A DNA stretch of 63,577 nucleotides, counting the filler, from Squatina squatina (taxonomy: Eukaryota): assembly GCA_031763465.1 (NCBI GenBank). It is 4 parts of 3 records of this genome, joined end to end, with 100 filler letters (N's around TTAATTAATTAA, not from the genome) between each part and the next. Parts side by side here need not be neighbours in the genome. Positions count along the whole stretch, not along the records: positions 50,878 to 63,577 come from JARFOE010000046.1; 3 more parts are not named here. One strand, 5' to 3'. Below, piece by piece: positions 50,878-62,839 of the stretch. The position numbers and the translations under genes were made by a program. Each line of letters begins with the position of its first letter. Positions within the stretch are counted from its first letter, which is position 1. A model generated the notes under the pieces. It was given only the letters and a program-made list of their open reading frames with translations. It had not been told where the DNA came from and did no database searches.

Positions 50878-53056
50878 TCTGCAGTAGAGCTTTCCATTTA
50901 TTTAAGTCTAGCCTATTGCCTCTTTTTCTCTCAGATAGAATTTTCCAAGATCTAGGAAGGATTAGGAGTGAGATTTACTATCAAAATGAGTGTGACTGAT
51001 GTCAAACTCATTTAGACACAGGGGCCCTGCATTTATTTTTTTTTTAAGAAAAGGTACATCAAAATAGGTCACATTTTAAAATGAAAACACGAGAGTCTTG
51101 GCAGGTTACGGTCCCGGTTGCACAAAACCTATCAAATTTCATGGAGTGTTTGATGATTTCTGTCTGTACTTCATAGAAAGGAATTAAATGTAGTTGCCCT
51201 CCTTTACTCAGATTGGCTTTTTTGTGGGTGAGGGGGAAGGAACATCACTGAAAGCATGAAAAAATACAGGATGCATTTTTTTTTAAAGTACTTATTTTGG
51301 CCTTGAGGCCTCAAAATGGCTTTCATCTGCCGCCATTTTATCTCATTATCAAGGCTCAATAATAACTGAAGGAAAAGGACATCTCCCATGTCTCTTCGTT
51401 GGATCTTTAATTGATATGACAACTGGTAAAGGTGTTTCAAATATCTAATGCTCTGCATTCTTCTTTTCTATTGATGCGGAGTGTTTCATTTCACACACAG
51501 CTTACTGACAGCATGATGCAGCCAAGGTCTCCTGTATTATGGGAGGTGTTAGACTCTGTGTTCCAGGATGTACTGGGTGTGTTGCTCNNNNNNNNNNGGC
51601 AGATTTTTTTTACAAAAGAAACACACTTTAAAATCTCCTGTAGTTAATGAGGTTTGAACAGCTGACAATTTTTAATTACCATTTTCTTCCAAAAGCCTGT
51701 GTTTTAAGAAGGTGTAAGGACAACATTACCAAGGTGATTGATGTTTAGAAATTGTTTCTTGTATTTAATTATGTTTGTATCTACAGTACATGTCTTGGAC
51801 TAATAAATTTATGCAAATATGGCTTCCCAAGGACACACTGTGTTGCATTTATCATTTTCTTCTCATCCATGTTTCAGTTGATTACAAACATTTTGAGCTA
51901 ACGAGTTCCCCATAAGACTGAATCCCAGACTCTGGGCACTTTGCCTAATCTGCCAGGGCTGGTGAAATGTTTCTGTGTAAACTAAAAATTAAGGGAGGAG
52001 GGAACCTTTTTTAACAAAAATATTTTAAATCAGCTGTGGGATATTTGTTAAACCAACAAAGAGAAGCCACTGTGCTGGTCTAACGCAAAGGGCTAAAGGT
52101 GCACAACGATTCAGTTCCATTGTGAGCCTGCATTCAGCAGGCAGGGTGCTTGCTTGCTTGTAAGTCTGGCTTTTTGTGCTCATTTGAAAACACAATTGTT
52201 GGAGTTCCCAAGGTCTCTTTAGTTTCCACCCCCTCAAAAATAACCTCAGCTCACTTCCATAAAATGGCATCTTTAGGTCATGTGACTAACCTTTTGCCAA
52301 CAGTGTATTCAGTCACCACCCAGTGGACTAACAGAGAAATTACATTTAATTAAACATACTTAAAACTTTTCGCACTGCAGTTATTTTCANNNNNNNNNNG
52401 TCCCTGAAATTGATAAATTAAAAACCTAAAATCAAATTTTATTAAAATGTAAATAATTTTTACTTGTACCTGCTCTCCCAGTCATCCCATTTCTTTCATT
52501 CTCATTTAATGTTTTCGAACTAATATTTTTTAAGTATAAGAACCTTGTGTTCCTCAGCCTCTCCACTGACACCGTTTAGTTTATATGAAGCTTAGTAAGA
52601 GGAGCCCAACTTGCAAGTTCGTTTGTTGGGGATGATGACAGGATGAAGCTTGACTGTGAGGTCCTACATGGTTGAATAGCTTGATGATACACACTGTGTT
52701 GGTGGATGCATGAAGAGGTAGTGAAGGGCTACTGCCACCCAAGGACCTGACAGGAGCCAGCTCCTTCGGAAGGGGAGAATGTTTTGAAAATGACATTGTC
52801 ACTGAATTTTGTTTTGTACCAGATGTGTGTCATAGGAACAGGAGTCGGCTATTCAGGGCCTCCAGCCTGCTCCGCCGTTCAATTTCCTACATTACAGCAG
52901 TGACTACACTTCAAAAGTACTTCATTGGCTGTAAAGTAGTTTGGGAAAACCTGAGGNNNNNNNNNNNNNNNNNNNNNNNNNNNNNNNNNNNNNNNNNNNN
53001 NNNNNNNNNNNNNNNNNNNNNNNNNNNNNNNNNNNNNNNNNNNNNNNNNNNNNNNN

Positions 53057-54030
53057 AGTGGCAAAGAGTTGACAAGGCTCCCTAGGGACATGATAATAAT
53101 CCCATGCTTCCCTGAGGTCTGGACAAACTCCTCAAGCCCCACGGGCAAAGGTGTTGGTGGCTTACACTGGAAACCTCCAATGTACACAATATTTGGCATG
53201 GTGGGCCTCGGGAACTCAAATACAAAATCTACTCTCATCAGCCATACGTCTGCCTGGAGGAGAACCGTTTCGAGGTCTGTGTCCACGCCCAGATATCGCT
53301 GGCAGGCTTCATTGTATATGGGGTGAATAAAAAATTCAGAAATGAATAGCTCGAGAAGATATTGTAAAACATATTGAATTCTTTGGAGAAAACTCATTTT
53401 GTCCGTCAAACACGACCCAAGTAGAGGGATGTAGGAAAGTGGCGATGGGGCAACAAGGAAATGAGCTTCTCCCCTAGTGATCCATCGAACATTGTACACT
53501 AAGGGAGCTTTCAAATAATAAGCAAGCATTGAACCGATACCAAGAGCTGGGTCCGCAAGTACTAAGTCAAAGTTTGCTTCTTCAAGCTGCTTTAACAATT
53601 CTTTGTCTTCAAAAATTCTAGTAATGAACTCTCCAGCCCAAAGATGCCATTCACGCAGGATAGATATCATTTGGTGCTGGACCTGAATAAAAGCCAATGG
53701 TGTTGGGCCATGCCTTAAAGCTTTCAACACCTTTTGAAGAAAACGTTGTATTCCGCTTGAATCATCAAAGTTGGTAGTTCCGCCCTGCAGTTGAATAGCG
53801 ATCGATTGATAGAGATCAGGAGTTTCTTTAATGTACCAAGCCAATGAGGAATAAAGCACAGTAATGTTGTGACCATGGTGGCTCAGTTCTTCAATTAGAA
53901 TTTTCATGTTGATCCAGTGGCTTCCATCAACGGGTACAACCAATATCTTTGCTCCGTAAGTAACTGGGTAAGGGAGGGCAATGATGGCACCAAGAACGCA
54001 TGCAATCTGCAGTCTACTCCTCCATCCACA
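53057..54030 (-). CDS. UDP-glucuronosyltransferase, UGT5-like large coding exon (both ends in gaps)
   Basis: One uninterrupted frame: hydrophobic signal peptide, KILVVPVDGSHWINM, FDLVLADP, WLMRVDFVFEFPRPTMPNIVYIGGFQCKP and LEEFVQTSGKHGIIIMSLGS. Confidence 0.93.
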
Positions 54031-54130
54031 NNNNNNNNNNNNNNNNNNNNNNNNNNNNNNNNNNNNNNNNNNNNNNNNNNNNNNNNNNNNNNNNNNNNNN
54101 NNNNNNNNNNNNNNNNNNNNNNNNNNNNNN

Positions 54131-54370
54131 CCTTCATCATATCGAACACCTTCATAATTTTAAAGCTCCATCAGTTCTCCTCTGAGATCTTCTCTTTTCT
54201 GGAGAAAAGAGCCCAAACCTGCTCAATCTGATAGTTACATCCTCTCAATTTTGGTAATGTAATTATTTTCTGTACATTTGACATTGCTTCAGTATCCTTT
54301 TTGGGGTATGGAGATCAGAACGGCACGCAGTACTCCAAGGTTCAATATAAATTTAACATTACTTTCTGTT
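54131..54370 (-). mobile_element. CR1 fragment (decayed)
   Basis: 'ccttcataattttaaagctcc...gagatcagaacggcacgcagtactccaag' is reverse-oriented CR1 3' ORF2. Confidence 0.65.
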
Positions 54371-54930
54371 CAGATCAGCACATGGTTCTAAAACTATTTC
54401 TTTAAGTGCTTATTTTAGTGCTTATGTATCATAGAACTAAAGCAATTCCCAATGTTTGAGACAATTTATGACTGTAATGTTAGAGTTTGTTTTTAGTGTG
54501 TGAGCTGAAACTTAAAATAAAATCCAGCCCAGGAAGACTGACATTTCCTGGGACTGGCTAACAGTCTAAGGATTAATTAAAATGAATTAATCAAAAGGTA
54601 CTTACTCTCCGTTAACTTAGAGAACTTGTTTTTCACTTACCAGGCGGGCACCTCTCCGTCACCGACACTCCGTGCTTATTCTGAGCTAGGCACGAAACAC
54701 AAAAGCTTGCTGTTGTTTCCAGTCTCAGTGTACTAACTGAATGAGTGCCATTGAATTCTGACATTATACTGACCCTGGGATCAGTGAGATTTATACTGTC
54801 GTCACTGATCTTCCACGTGATGACTGCAGGNNNNNNNNNNNNNNNNNNNNNNNNNNNNNNNNNNNNNNNNNNNNNNNNNNNNNNNNNNNNNNNNNNNNNN
54901 NNNNNNNNNNNNNNNNNNNNNNNNNNNNNN

Positions 54931-55068
54931 GCCTGGTTTGGTCCCCTCCTTAGTTCAAGAGTGCTGAGGGTATTTGTAGTGCTCCAACTACTCAGCTAAC
55001 TCAACACAAACCAAGGGTCAGATTTCAGGATTTCTTAGTCTGCATGGCTTGACATCACACCCAGCAAT
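54931..55068 (-). mobile_element. Ancient SINE fragment (LF-SINE-like, tentative)
   Basis: 'ctcagctaactcaacacaaacc' is the reverse of the 'gtg..gttagctga' motif seen near 25440 and 62300. Family assignment is from memory. Confidence 0.4.
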
Positions 55069-55069
55069 G

Positions 55070-55505
55070 GAGGGTTCAGTTGGTAGCACTCTCACCTCTG
55101 AGTCAGAAGGACTCAGACTCCCACTCCAGAGTCCTGTGTGCATAATCTAGGTTGACAACGTGAGTGCAGTACTGAGAGAGTGCTGCAGCGTCAAATGCTG
55201 TCTTAATGATGAGATGTAAAACCGAGGCCCTGTCTATCCTCTCAGGTGGATTTAAGAGATCCTATAGCCCTACTTCGAAGAAGAGCAGAGGGGTTCTCCT
55301 TGGTGTCCTGGCCAATATTTATCCCTCAACCAACAACATTAAAACAGATTTTCTGGTCATTATTATGCTTGTAGGACCTTGCTGTGCGCAAATTGGCGTT
55401 TCATACATTACAACAGTGACTACACTTCAGAAAAAAAGGACTGCAATGATTATAAAGCACTTTGGGATCAACGCGCAATATAAATGCAAGGCTTTCTTTC
55501 TTTTA
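55070..55505 (+). mobile_element. Deu-domain SINE (SacSINE1-like), full length
   Basis: tRNA-like head 'ggttcagttggtagcactctc', Deu core, and tail 'tataaatgcaaggctttctttc'. Confidence 0.85.
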
Positions 55506-56552
55506 CCCACTGACAACCTCAGTTAAACTCAACAAAACAACATACTGTTGCTGTGAACACGCAGCATCTTTTGACGATCAAGAGGCAACACATCGAGAAA
55601 CAAATAACCTTGAAGCTTGCAAAAAAGCCCAAATTGATGCCAAATTTTCCCATTGCAAGAATTTGACTTGCCCATGGGAAGCAGAGTTACTAACATTCCT
55701 GTTACACATAAAATCCTGTTACACAGATTTCCTTGAAGCAATAAAAGACTCTGACCTGTAAAAACCCAAATTATACTTACAGTTGGACCCTTGCTCCTTT
55801 GAAATGGTGCAAGAGAGGAGAAACCCACATTGTGTAAAAGCAGAGCAGTGCCCGGGAGAAGTGCAGAGAGCAAAGAGAGAAACTCTCATCCCAAGGCACA
55901 GGCACGAGGGGCTGAGTGGCCTCCTTTTGTGCTATGTGATCTGTTTGTCTGTTGACCAAGTGATTAAAATCTCAAAGGTCAAAAAAGCTGAGTAATTCCT
56001 TTCATAGACAAAACAAAATCAATGCAAAGCAGAGCATAAAAATGGTCATTTTCTAAAAGGCTTTGAAATGGTAATTCTACGCAGCAAGTTGACATTTTGT
56101 AATGTAAAACGAACAGGCAACACTTGTTGACATCTTCCCTTGTACAATCAGTGAATTTAGTTTTTCCCATTCAGTGCTACCATTTAACAGAAATCATTTA
56201 TTCGTTCTTACTTTTTCATCATTAAGATATGTTCGAACAAATTTCTTTCCCAGTTAACCAGACAATAAGAGACATCATTAACCCTTCCGACACCAATCAC
56301 ACGCTCCATTGTTGCCTAAAGGTTGTCACTCATCTTATTCGCCCTTTTCGAATTCCATTTTCTTTTTTAAGTTAAGAATTTTTTGTCAGCTAACACAATG
56401 CAAAAAACAAACTGATGAGAATTTCCAACCTGCAGAGGATGCTTTGGAGACTNNNNNNNNNNNNNNNNNNNNNNNNNNNNNNNNNNNNNNNNNNNNNNNN
56501 NNNNNNNNNNNNNNNNNNNNNNNNNNNNNNNNNNNNNNNNNNNNNNNNNNNN

Positions 56553-56859
56553 AAAGGGATGGGCTGTTGGGCAAAAAGGCAGCGCCCCGATGGCCACCAC
56601 TGGGCCACAATTTTACCCATGGGCGCACCCGGGGCAAAAAAAGTGTCACGGCGGGGCAGTAAAGGATCATCATGTCCTTCAAAATTCAGTGGCCCCAGTG
56701 CAAAGGCCCTTGCGCCTCTGGGATTCCCTGCTGAATTTCGTGGCAGGTGAGATCATTGCCCCGGCACGCCCAATTTCACTTTCTTGCCCGTTAGTGCCCC
56801 TCGGAGTTGCAAATGGGGTGAAAAAATGCTCAATTTTGACCCCTAACTTTTCCAACCCC
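56553..56859. mobile_element. MITE, right part
   Basis: Shares 'ccaccactgggccac' and 'ccaatttcac' internal motifs with the element at 24288-24936; ends 'aacttttccaacccc'. Confidence 0.55.
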
Positions 56860-57133
56860 TAGGAACATAGGAATTGCTACCCAAAAAATGCACGGCTCAC
56901 CTAGTTCGCCTTCTGTCACCCTGGTAGTCGCACGACACAACGATAATGGAGTTGTTGAATGGTAATCAATCTCTATCAATTAGTCTAAAACAGACTCAGA
57001 CATGGAGCAAGGAAAGCTCCCAGTGGTGGAGAGCTTTGGGAACCATAGGTCCAAAGTCACCTGTTCCTCACCATATGCTTTATTTACCATATGTTTGACC
57101 TCAAATTACTCATATACTGTGTCCCAAAATATT

Positions 57134-57815
57134 GGGACAGAATTTGCAGTCGGAGGCTTCCTGTGCGCGGATACCATAAATATTTCTATGAACTTACCTT
57201 GGGTCCATGGAGGTTCGGAGACTTCAGCTTCTGGGCCTCTCTGGTTGACCATGTGTAGTGGGCTATGCATCCTATCCAAGTATGTGCTTTGGAAAGGTTC
57301 ATGTGGAACAGCCNNNNNNNNNNAATGGGAATACCCTCAAAAATGCACAATCACTAAAAATTAATTTTTAAAAAACTAGATATTTAAAATGAATCAAAAT
57401 AGAACTTAATCAATTATTTAAAACAAAAAATAGTTTCTTGATAAATAACTTTATATAGTTTAAAGTAACTAAAAATAAACTTACCCTATTTGACATGATT
57501 TTAAATGTTTAAATTCCGGAATTTTTTTTTGTGTTTTAAAAGTCTTACGACTGAAAAAGCAGGCCTTACACCTCTTTTTTAGTCGTAAGAAATTAAAGGA
57601 CTTTCGCTGGGCAGGAGTTGGGCAAATAGCCCAAATCCCCACCCACGGAGGCCCTTTACTTTCGGATGCAGTGGATCTGTCAAGAGAAATCGTGACCGAT
57701 CGCAAGTTCCAGGTTTAGCGGCATGCGCAGTGCATCCCTAAATCCGGAACTTGTGGGGCCCCTGCGGGCGCGTGTGCACTTCGTACACACCCACAGGGAC
57801 CAGGATTTCAGGGCC
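57134..57815. mobile_element. Harbinger-like MITE with ATT TSD
   Basis: att|GGGACAGAATTTGC ... GGATTTCAGGGCC|att, with an AT-rich centre. Confidence 0.68.
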
Positions 57816-59201
57816 ATTACTTTTGGAAAGAAATCTATCCAATTTGCATTTGAATGAATCAACACTATCTGCTTCCATTGTCTCCCAGAGGATCCTGTTC
57901 CGTAGAATTATCACTTGTTCACTGAAGGAATGGCCTCGATATTAACCCTCCCATGACAGGCGGGAGAGGGTCAGGGGGATATTAAATCGTCAAGTGAGCA
58001 AAATGTGATGCTAACACGCTGCGCACACGCTCGTTGCCGTTTTTTGCAGTGGAGAGAAATTCTACAATGTATTTCATCTGCTACTTGTCTGCCCAATTCC
58101 CAAGTATATTCATATCCTGCTGTTGCTTATCCTGTTCAGCATTGCAGTGTATCAACTTCATTAGCTTTGAAATTGACATNNNNNNNNNNNNNNNNNNNNN
58201 NNNNNNNNNNNNNNNNNNNNNNNNNNNNNNNNNNNNNNNNNNNNNNNNNNNNNNNNNNNNNNNNNNNNNNNNNNNNNNNTCAAATATCGGAGAACCTGTA
58301 AGTGCAAGGGTGCACCCACCAGTGACCCCATCGGGCACTCCAGGGTGAGCAAGAGGTTTCCTAACCTGTATTTTTCTGATACCCATCCTACTGAGTGCAT
58401 CTTAGGTCACACCATTACAGGGGAGCTGAAACAAGCGACGCTGGAAAGCATATCCATGATGCAGCTGTCACTGGCACGGAATAGTAAAATAAAAGTTTTG
58501 AGACAAATTTTGGAGGTGCAGGTGAAGTCTCAGGCCTGAGCCACCAGGTGGGCCTCACTTCTACTAGCCAGCAGGCATGTCAGAATGTCTCCACTCACCC
58601 GGAGTACTGGTAAAGTACAACAGGCGGCTAATTCGAATGCCCTGAGTTACTGGCGCTAAGGAATGAATTGTTGAGCGTATTGTTTCCCAAAAAGCCCAAA
58701 AAACCGGACACTGTCACCGTTGAAATTACCGGCCAAATTGTTGGACTGGTGGCCATCTTGGGCGCTGCGCCCAATGATGACTTTACGCCCACCGTCTACC
58801 GCCGACTGCCACGTTTGGAGCGTTCCCGGGCCTACGCTCCATTAGCGCCCAGGATCGGGGGACTCTAAAAGGTGAGCGAAGCATTTTATGAAGAAAGTCG
58901 GCGGTAGGCCGCTAATGCCCATTTTGCAGTACTTTAGCGCAGGCGTTAGCGGGCTAATTGGCCGCCCTATGGGGCTTGGCTGTGATGCCGCCCATAGTCG
59001 AATAACTGCCAATGTTCACAGTCTAGGCCACTGGAGAGAGGTGTTGGAGGTCGCTGGTGCCCCAGAAAGAGTCTGCCTCTTTCGGGGAAGAGGAGGAGGG
59101 AGGAAGGTGGTCTACAAAATCGACTGTGGCGGTCCCATCAGTCAGAAATTCTCCACAAGTCCCTGAGTTATTCCAATGAAGAAAGGAATGGGCGCACTCA
59201 C

Positions 59202-59385
59202 AATCTCTGCAGAGCTTGGATCAAAGATGGAAGGGGACAGGACGCCACTGCAGATCCAGACAGTGTTCACGCAGGGCACAAAGCAGAGGCTGCTTATAAT
59301 CCCAGCAAAGTGAGGGAGTTTCAGGATCAGCTGTCCATCCTGCGACCAGACTTTCACACTTTTATCGAAGGAGCCAGTCACCAGC
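59202..59385 (-). CDS. Exon of an unidentified WD40-repeat protein
   Basis: 184-nt exon (cag| ... |gtgagt) encoding LVTGSFDKSVKVWSQDGQLILKLPHFAGIISSLCFVPCVNTVWICSG...DPSSAEI, with a WD40 signature. Confidence 0.8.
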
Positions 59386-60293
59386 CTGTATTGGGTTGAG
59401 AGAGAGAGCTCATTAAAGTTAAATGCTAATACCTCTGTGGACAAACATGGCAACATTGTAAAGCCAGTCCAAATAATAACACCATCCTGTGAAAATCCTC
59501 ACCTCACTCAGTCTTCCATTCTTCCTCCAATCCATGGACTTTTCAAACCCAAGTTTTGACATCACTTAGCTACTACTTCCCAATTTACCTCATTCTTCCT
59601 CACACTTTGCAGGGGTGGGAACATCTACTGACACTGGAGCAGAGTCTGGAAGCACGAGAGCAAAATAATACCTTTAACACCTGCTTTAATGAAGACTCAC
59701 TTGTGCAACATATCATCCTGCGCAATGAAAATGGCTGTGACAAAAATGGAGGCCTAGAAATTGGATCAGGCCTGAAAGTGGGTGGTGTTAAGGACCAGAA
59801 CTATTTGCCTGTACCCGTTGAAAATGGTCCGGGCATCCTGCAAAATTTATGTTGCTTGCTCATTATAATGATTGTAGCGCTGATCTCAGCACTAACCGTG
59901 CTGCTGGTTGGCTTGGCATTCAATATCGGGTGCAGTCTAGCGGTTAATAATGTTTGGCCCAGGCTCTCTGCACTACTTAAAGAGGAGGTGCTTTGTTGCG
60001 GAAGCACCTCATTGTCCTTCTGAACAGAGCCATGGCCAAAGCCAAGGGAAGAGGTAAGGGGTGCCCAATTGATCTACCCTGCGCTTGAAATGTTAGGGGA
60101 CAAAAAGGCATGTTTTTAGTGCCCAGTTTGCACTGGTGCATTAATTTGTAGTATTGGGCTCCTTAAAAAAAAATTTGGGGCGGTTGAGGAAATNNNNNNN
60201 NNNNNNNNNNNNNNNNNNNNNNNNNNNNNNNNNNNNNNNNNNNNNNNNNNNNNNNNNNNNNNNNNNNNNNNNNNNNNNNNNNNNNNNNNNNNN

Positions 60294-60355
60294 AGGCTCG
60301 AAGGGCCTAATGGCCTACTCCTGCACCTATTTTCTATGTTTCTATGTTTCTATGT
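60294..60355 (+). mobile_element. CR1 3' tail with (TTTCTATG)n
   Basis: Near-identical to 32398-32457. Confidence 0.85.
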
Positions 60356-60508
60356 TGTAGTAACTGCAGCAGTTGTGTTTCTGGAGAGAGAAATGATAAA
60401 GGGGTAAGGTAGGTAGGCGAGGTTGATCTCTGAATCTGAAATGGGTTAGCTGGGCTGAATGAACCTTTTCCATTGTTACAATGACTGAGTTGTCTCCTCT
60501 TTCCTTAG

Positions 60509-60601
60509 GAGTTTTTAAAGAAGGAATTCAGTGCAGAAAACATATTATTTTGGCAAGCCTGTGAACGCTTTCAGCAGATCCCAGCAGATGACTTAGACCA
60601 A
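60509..60601 (+). CDS. RGS14: RGS14-like RGS-domain exon
   Basis: 93-nt exon (tag| ... |gtaagt) encoding [39 protein letters not shown] is RGS14-type. Not in the ORF track. Confidence 0.85.
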
Positions 60602-61877
60602 GTAAGTGTTGGCTGATTATACTTCCTACATATGCTTTTTTGTGGGTCTCCAACTTTCTCCTCTCCTCCAGAAGGCACCAGCTAAGGCTAGGATAAGGTT
60701 CCACAGATGCTGGTTGCCCTCCAGTATTCCCTTCAAGCGAACACCCATTGTACCCAAGCCTGAACAATCAGGCCTCCAATTCCCTGTTTTCCCCAATAAC
60801 AAGGGATCCTCAGCAGGATGGGACTTTCACCTTCCACTTGCCTGCAGCCCGATCCCAGGAAAGACCCTGGGGTCAGAAGTCATTTAAATATTTTGGGTGG
60901 GTGCTGGCATAATGTGTGACAGTGATGGGCTGCCCACCTCAGGTGGGGTGAAATGCATTCACTGTAGTACCTTGCTGCAGTGTAAGTGGGTTGTTGTGCT
61001 GGCCGAGCGTGCTGAAAAACTACAAAAAAGCATCTATGTTTCAGTTTGCCACTTTCTCAATGACAATCAATTGTCAATTGTCGTAGGGAAATTGGTCTTT
61101 GTTAATTTCAACAAAGTTCTGCCAGGACCATTTTATAGCAAGCAAATCTGCTTGTTTCCTGCAGGCATGCATTATGTTGGCGGTAAAAAAGGCAGAATTG
61201 ACGAGTATTCTGATGAATGATGTCATCTTGCAAGGCCCGCCTCTTTCTGTGACATCCACATGGAAGACACAAGAAGCATTCGCTCATGCTTCAAAAGAAA
61301 AGGGACAGAGACCTGGCATAATCGTTCCCACCCCAAATCCCCCTGCACTCCCCCACCCCACACTTTCACTTACCCAGTTAACAGCACTTATATAGACCCA
61401 GAAACCAGGAATATTGGCTGTCGAGCTTTAAATTTCTCTTTATCAATAAATGATTTTGAATGATATATCCAAGACTGACTTTGTCTCAGTCATTAGATCA
61501 GTCAAGGTCCTTTGGGGGCCTGGCACAGTGTGACGTGGCAGGTGTCATCTCTGCTGCCTTGTAAAGTGGATGATTTATTTCTGCTATTTGAATAGCATTA
61601 CAACAACCTTCCTCTTGCTTTCCATATATAAGTGGTCATATTGTGCATCAGTCAAGTGGCTTCCAAAGAGGTTTTCACTGTCATCCGTCTGAGTTACCCC
61701 AGGTGCCAGTGTAACTTGAATGGTTTGCACTGNNNNNNNNNNNNNNNNNNNNNNNNNNNNNNNNNNNNNNNNNNNNNNNNNNNNNNNNNNNNNNNNNNNN
61801 NNNNNNNNNNNNNNNNNNNNNNNNNNNNNNNNAAGAGGGTGCAAGGCTGGGGTGGGGACTGGTCAGGCTGTCCCAAG

Positions 61878-62143
61878 TAAGGTCGCCAACCCTGCTGGAT
61901 TGTCCTAGAGTCCCCTGGAATTAAAGATTAATCTCCAGGACTCTGCTGCGAGCGATACTCTAACTGGTAAAAATATGCAATGGAAAAAGCGCTTTCTGAA
62001 ACATGGAGGATTGTGGGCACCATAGCTGCCATTATTGACCAATTGCCAGGAGGATTGATGTGTCAGGTGATGGCAGGAGCATGGGTGGGAGGTCATACGA
62101 TGCAACCTCCTGGAATATGGTCCAACCAGTCATGGCAACCCAA
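61878..62143. mobile_element. hAT-like MITE
   Basis: Termini TAAGGTCGCCA / TGGCAACCCAA (TAGGGTTGCCA type), with flanks tcccaag/tcccaaa resembling a decayed 7-8 bp TSD. Confidence 0.6.
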
Positions 62144-62254
62144 TCCCAAAGGACAGGAGCATTGAGGAACAGACAACTGGAGCAGAGAAAGTGAGGGGTA
62201 AGAAGAGGGTTCTTTGAGAATTGTTGTCCAGTCGGTTGGTGCAAACACTGTCTA

Positions 62255-62425
62255 ATGTGGACTTGAGCTGTACTGACCAAACGGGTTAAATGGCTGGCCT
62301 GTGCATAATTAACTGACCTCATCTGTGGCAGTAGTGGAGATGCTGCAATTGGATTCAGCATCCCCGGGCTTGACTGATGAGAGGAAGCAGCTCTGGCATT
62401 CATTCCTGATCATTATCTTGACTTT
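62255..62425 (+). mobile_element. Ancient SINE fragment (LF-SINE-like, tentative)
   Basis: 'ctgtgcataattaactgacctca...gctgcaattgg...tcctgatcattatc'. Confidence 0.4.
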
Positions 62426-62516
62426 TACCTTCAGGAAAGGAGAGAACTGGGGGTGGTGAAGGTCACTTGTACAACAAAGCTATGATATAACTACAGCTTT
62501 GTTCTTCCTCTTGCAG

Positions 62517-62839
62517 CACTGTTCGAGCTGTTGTCAAAAGCACAGAGCTGCCGTGTTGACGATCAGCGCGGCCTTCTGAAGAAGGAAGACTTGGTGCTTC
62601 CAGACTTTCTGCAGCTTCCTGAAGAACTTGCCGGGATCTGCCTTCACCCGCCCGAGTCGGACACTGCGAGAGAGAAAGGCGCAGGAAATCAAACCCGTCC
62701 AAAGAAAGGTACGACCGAGTGTGAACGGAGCCCAGGAGCTCTGGGTGAGAAACCAACCTCCAAGATCTCCACTTCACAGGGCGCACGACCGGAAGCTTCG
62801 ACCGACCAGAAGAGTCTGTGCTCCCGGACAGAATTCTAA
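62517..62839 (+). CDS. RGS14: RGS14-like last exon with GoLoco motif
   Basis: Polypyrimidine tract and cag|, then LFELLSKAQSCRVDDQRGLLKKEDLVLPDFLQLP...RTEF*. DQR GoLoco triad present; same strand as the RGS exon. Confidence 0.85.

Noticed and set aside
52879-52956. C-terminal extension of the UGT ORF beyond the gap
   Set aside because: It is a Deu-SINE fragment on another contig, not UGT sequence.
55545-55755. AG/GT-bounded open frame on the minus strand (GQSLLLLQGNLCNR...)
   Set aside because: No recognisable homology; cannot be linked to the UGT or WD40 gene.
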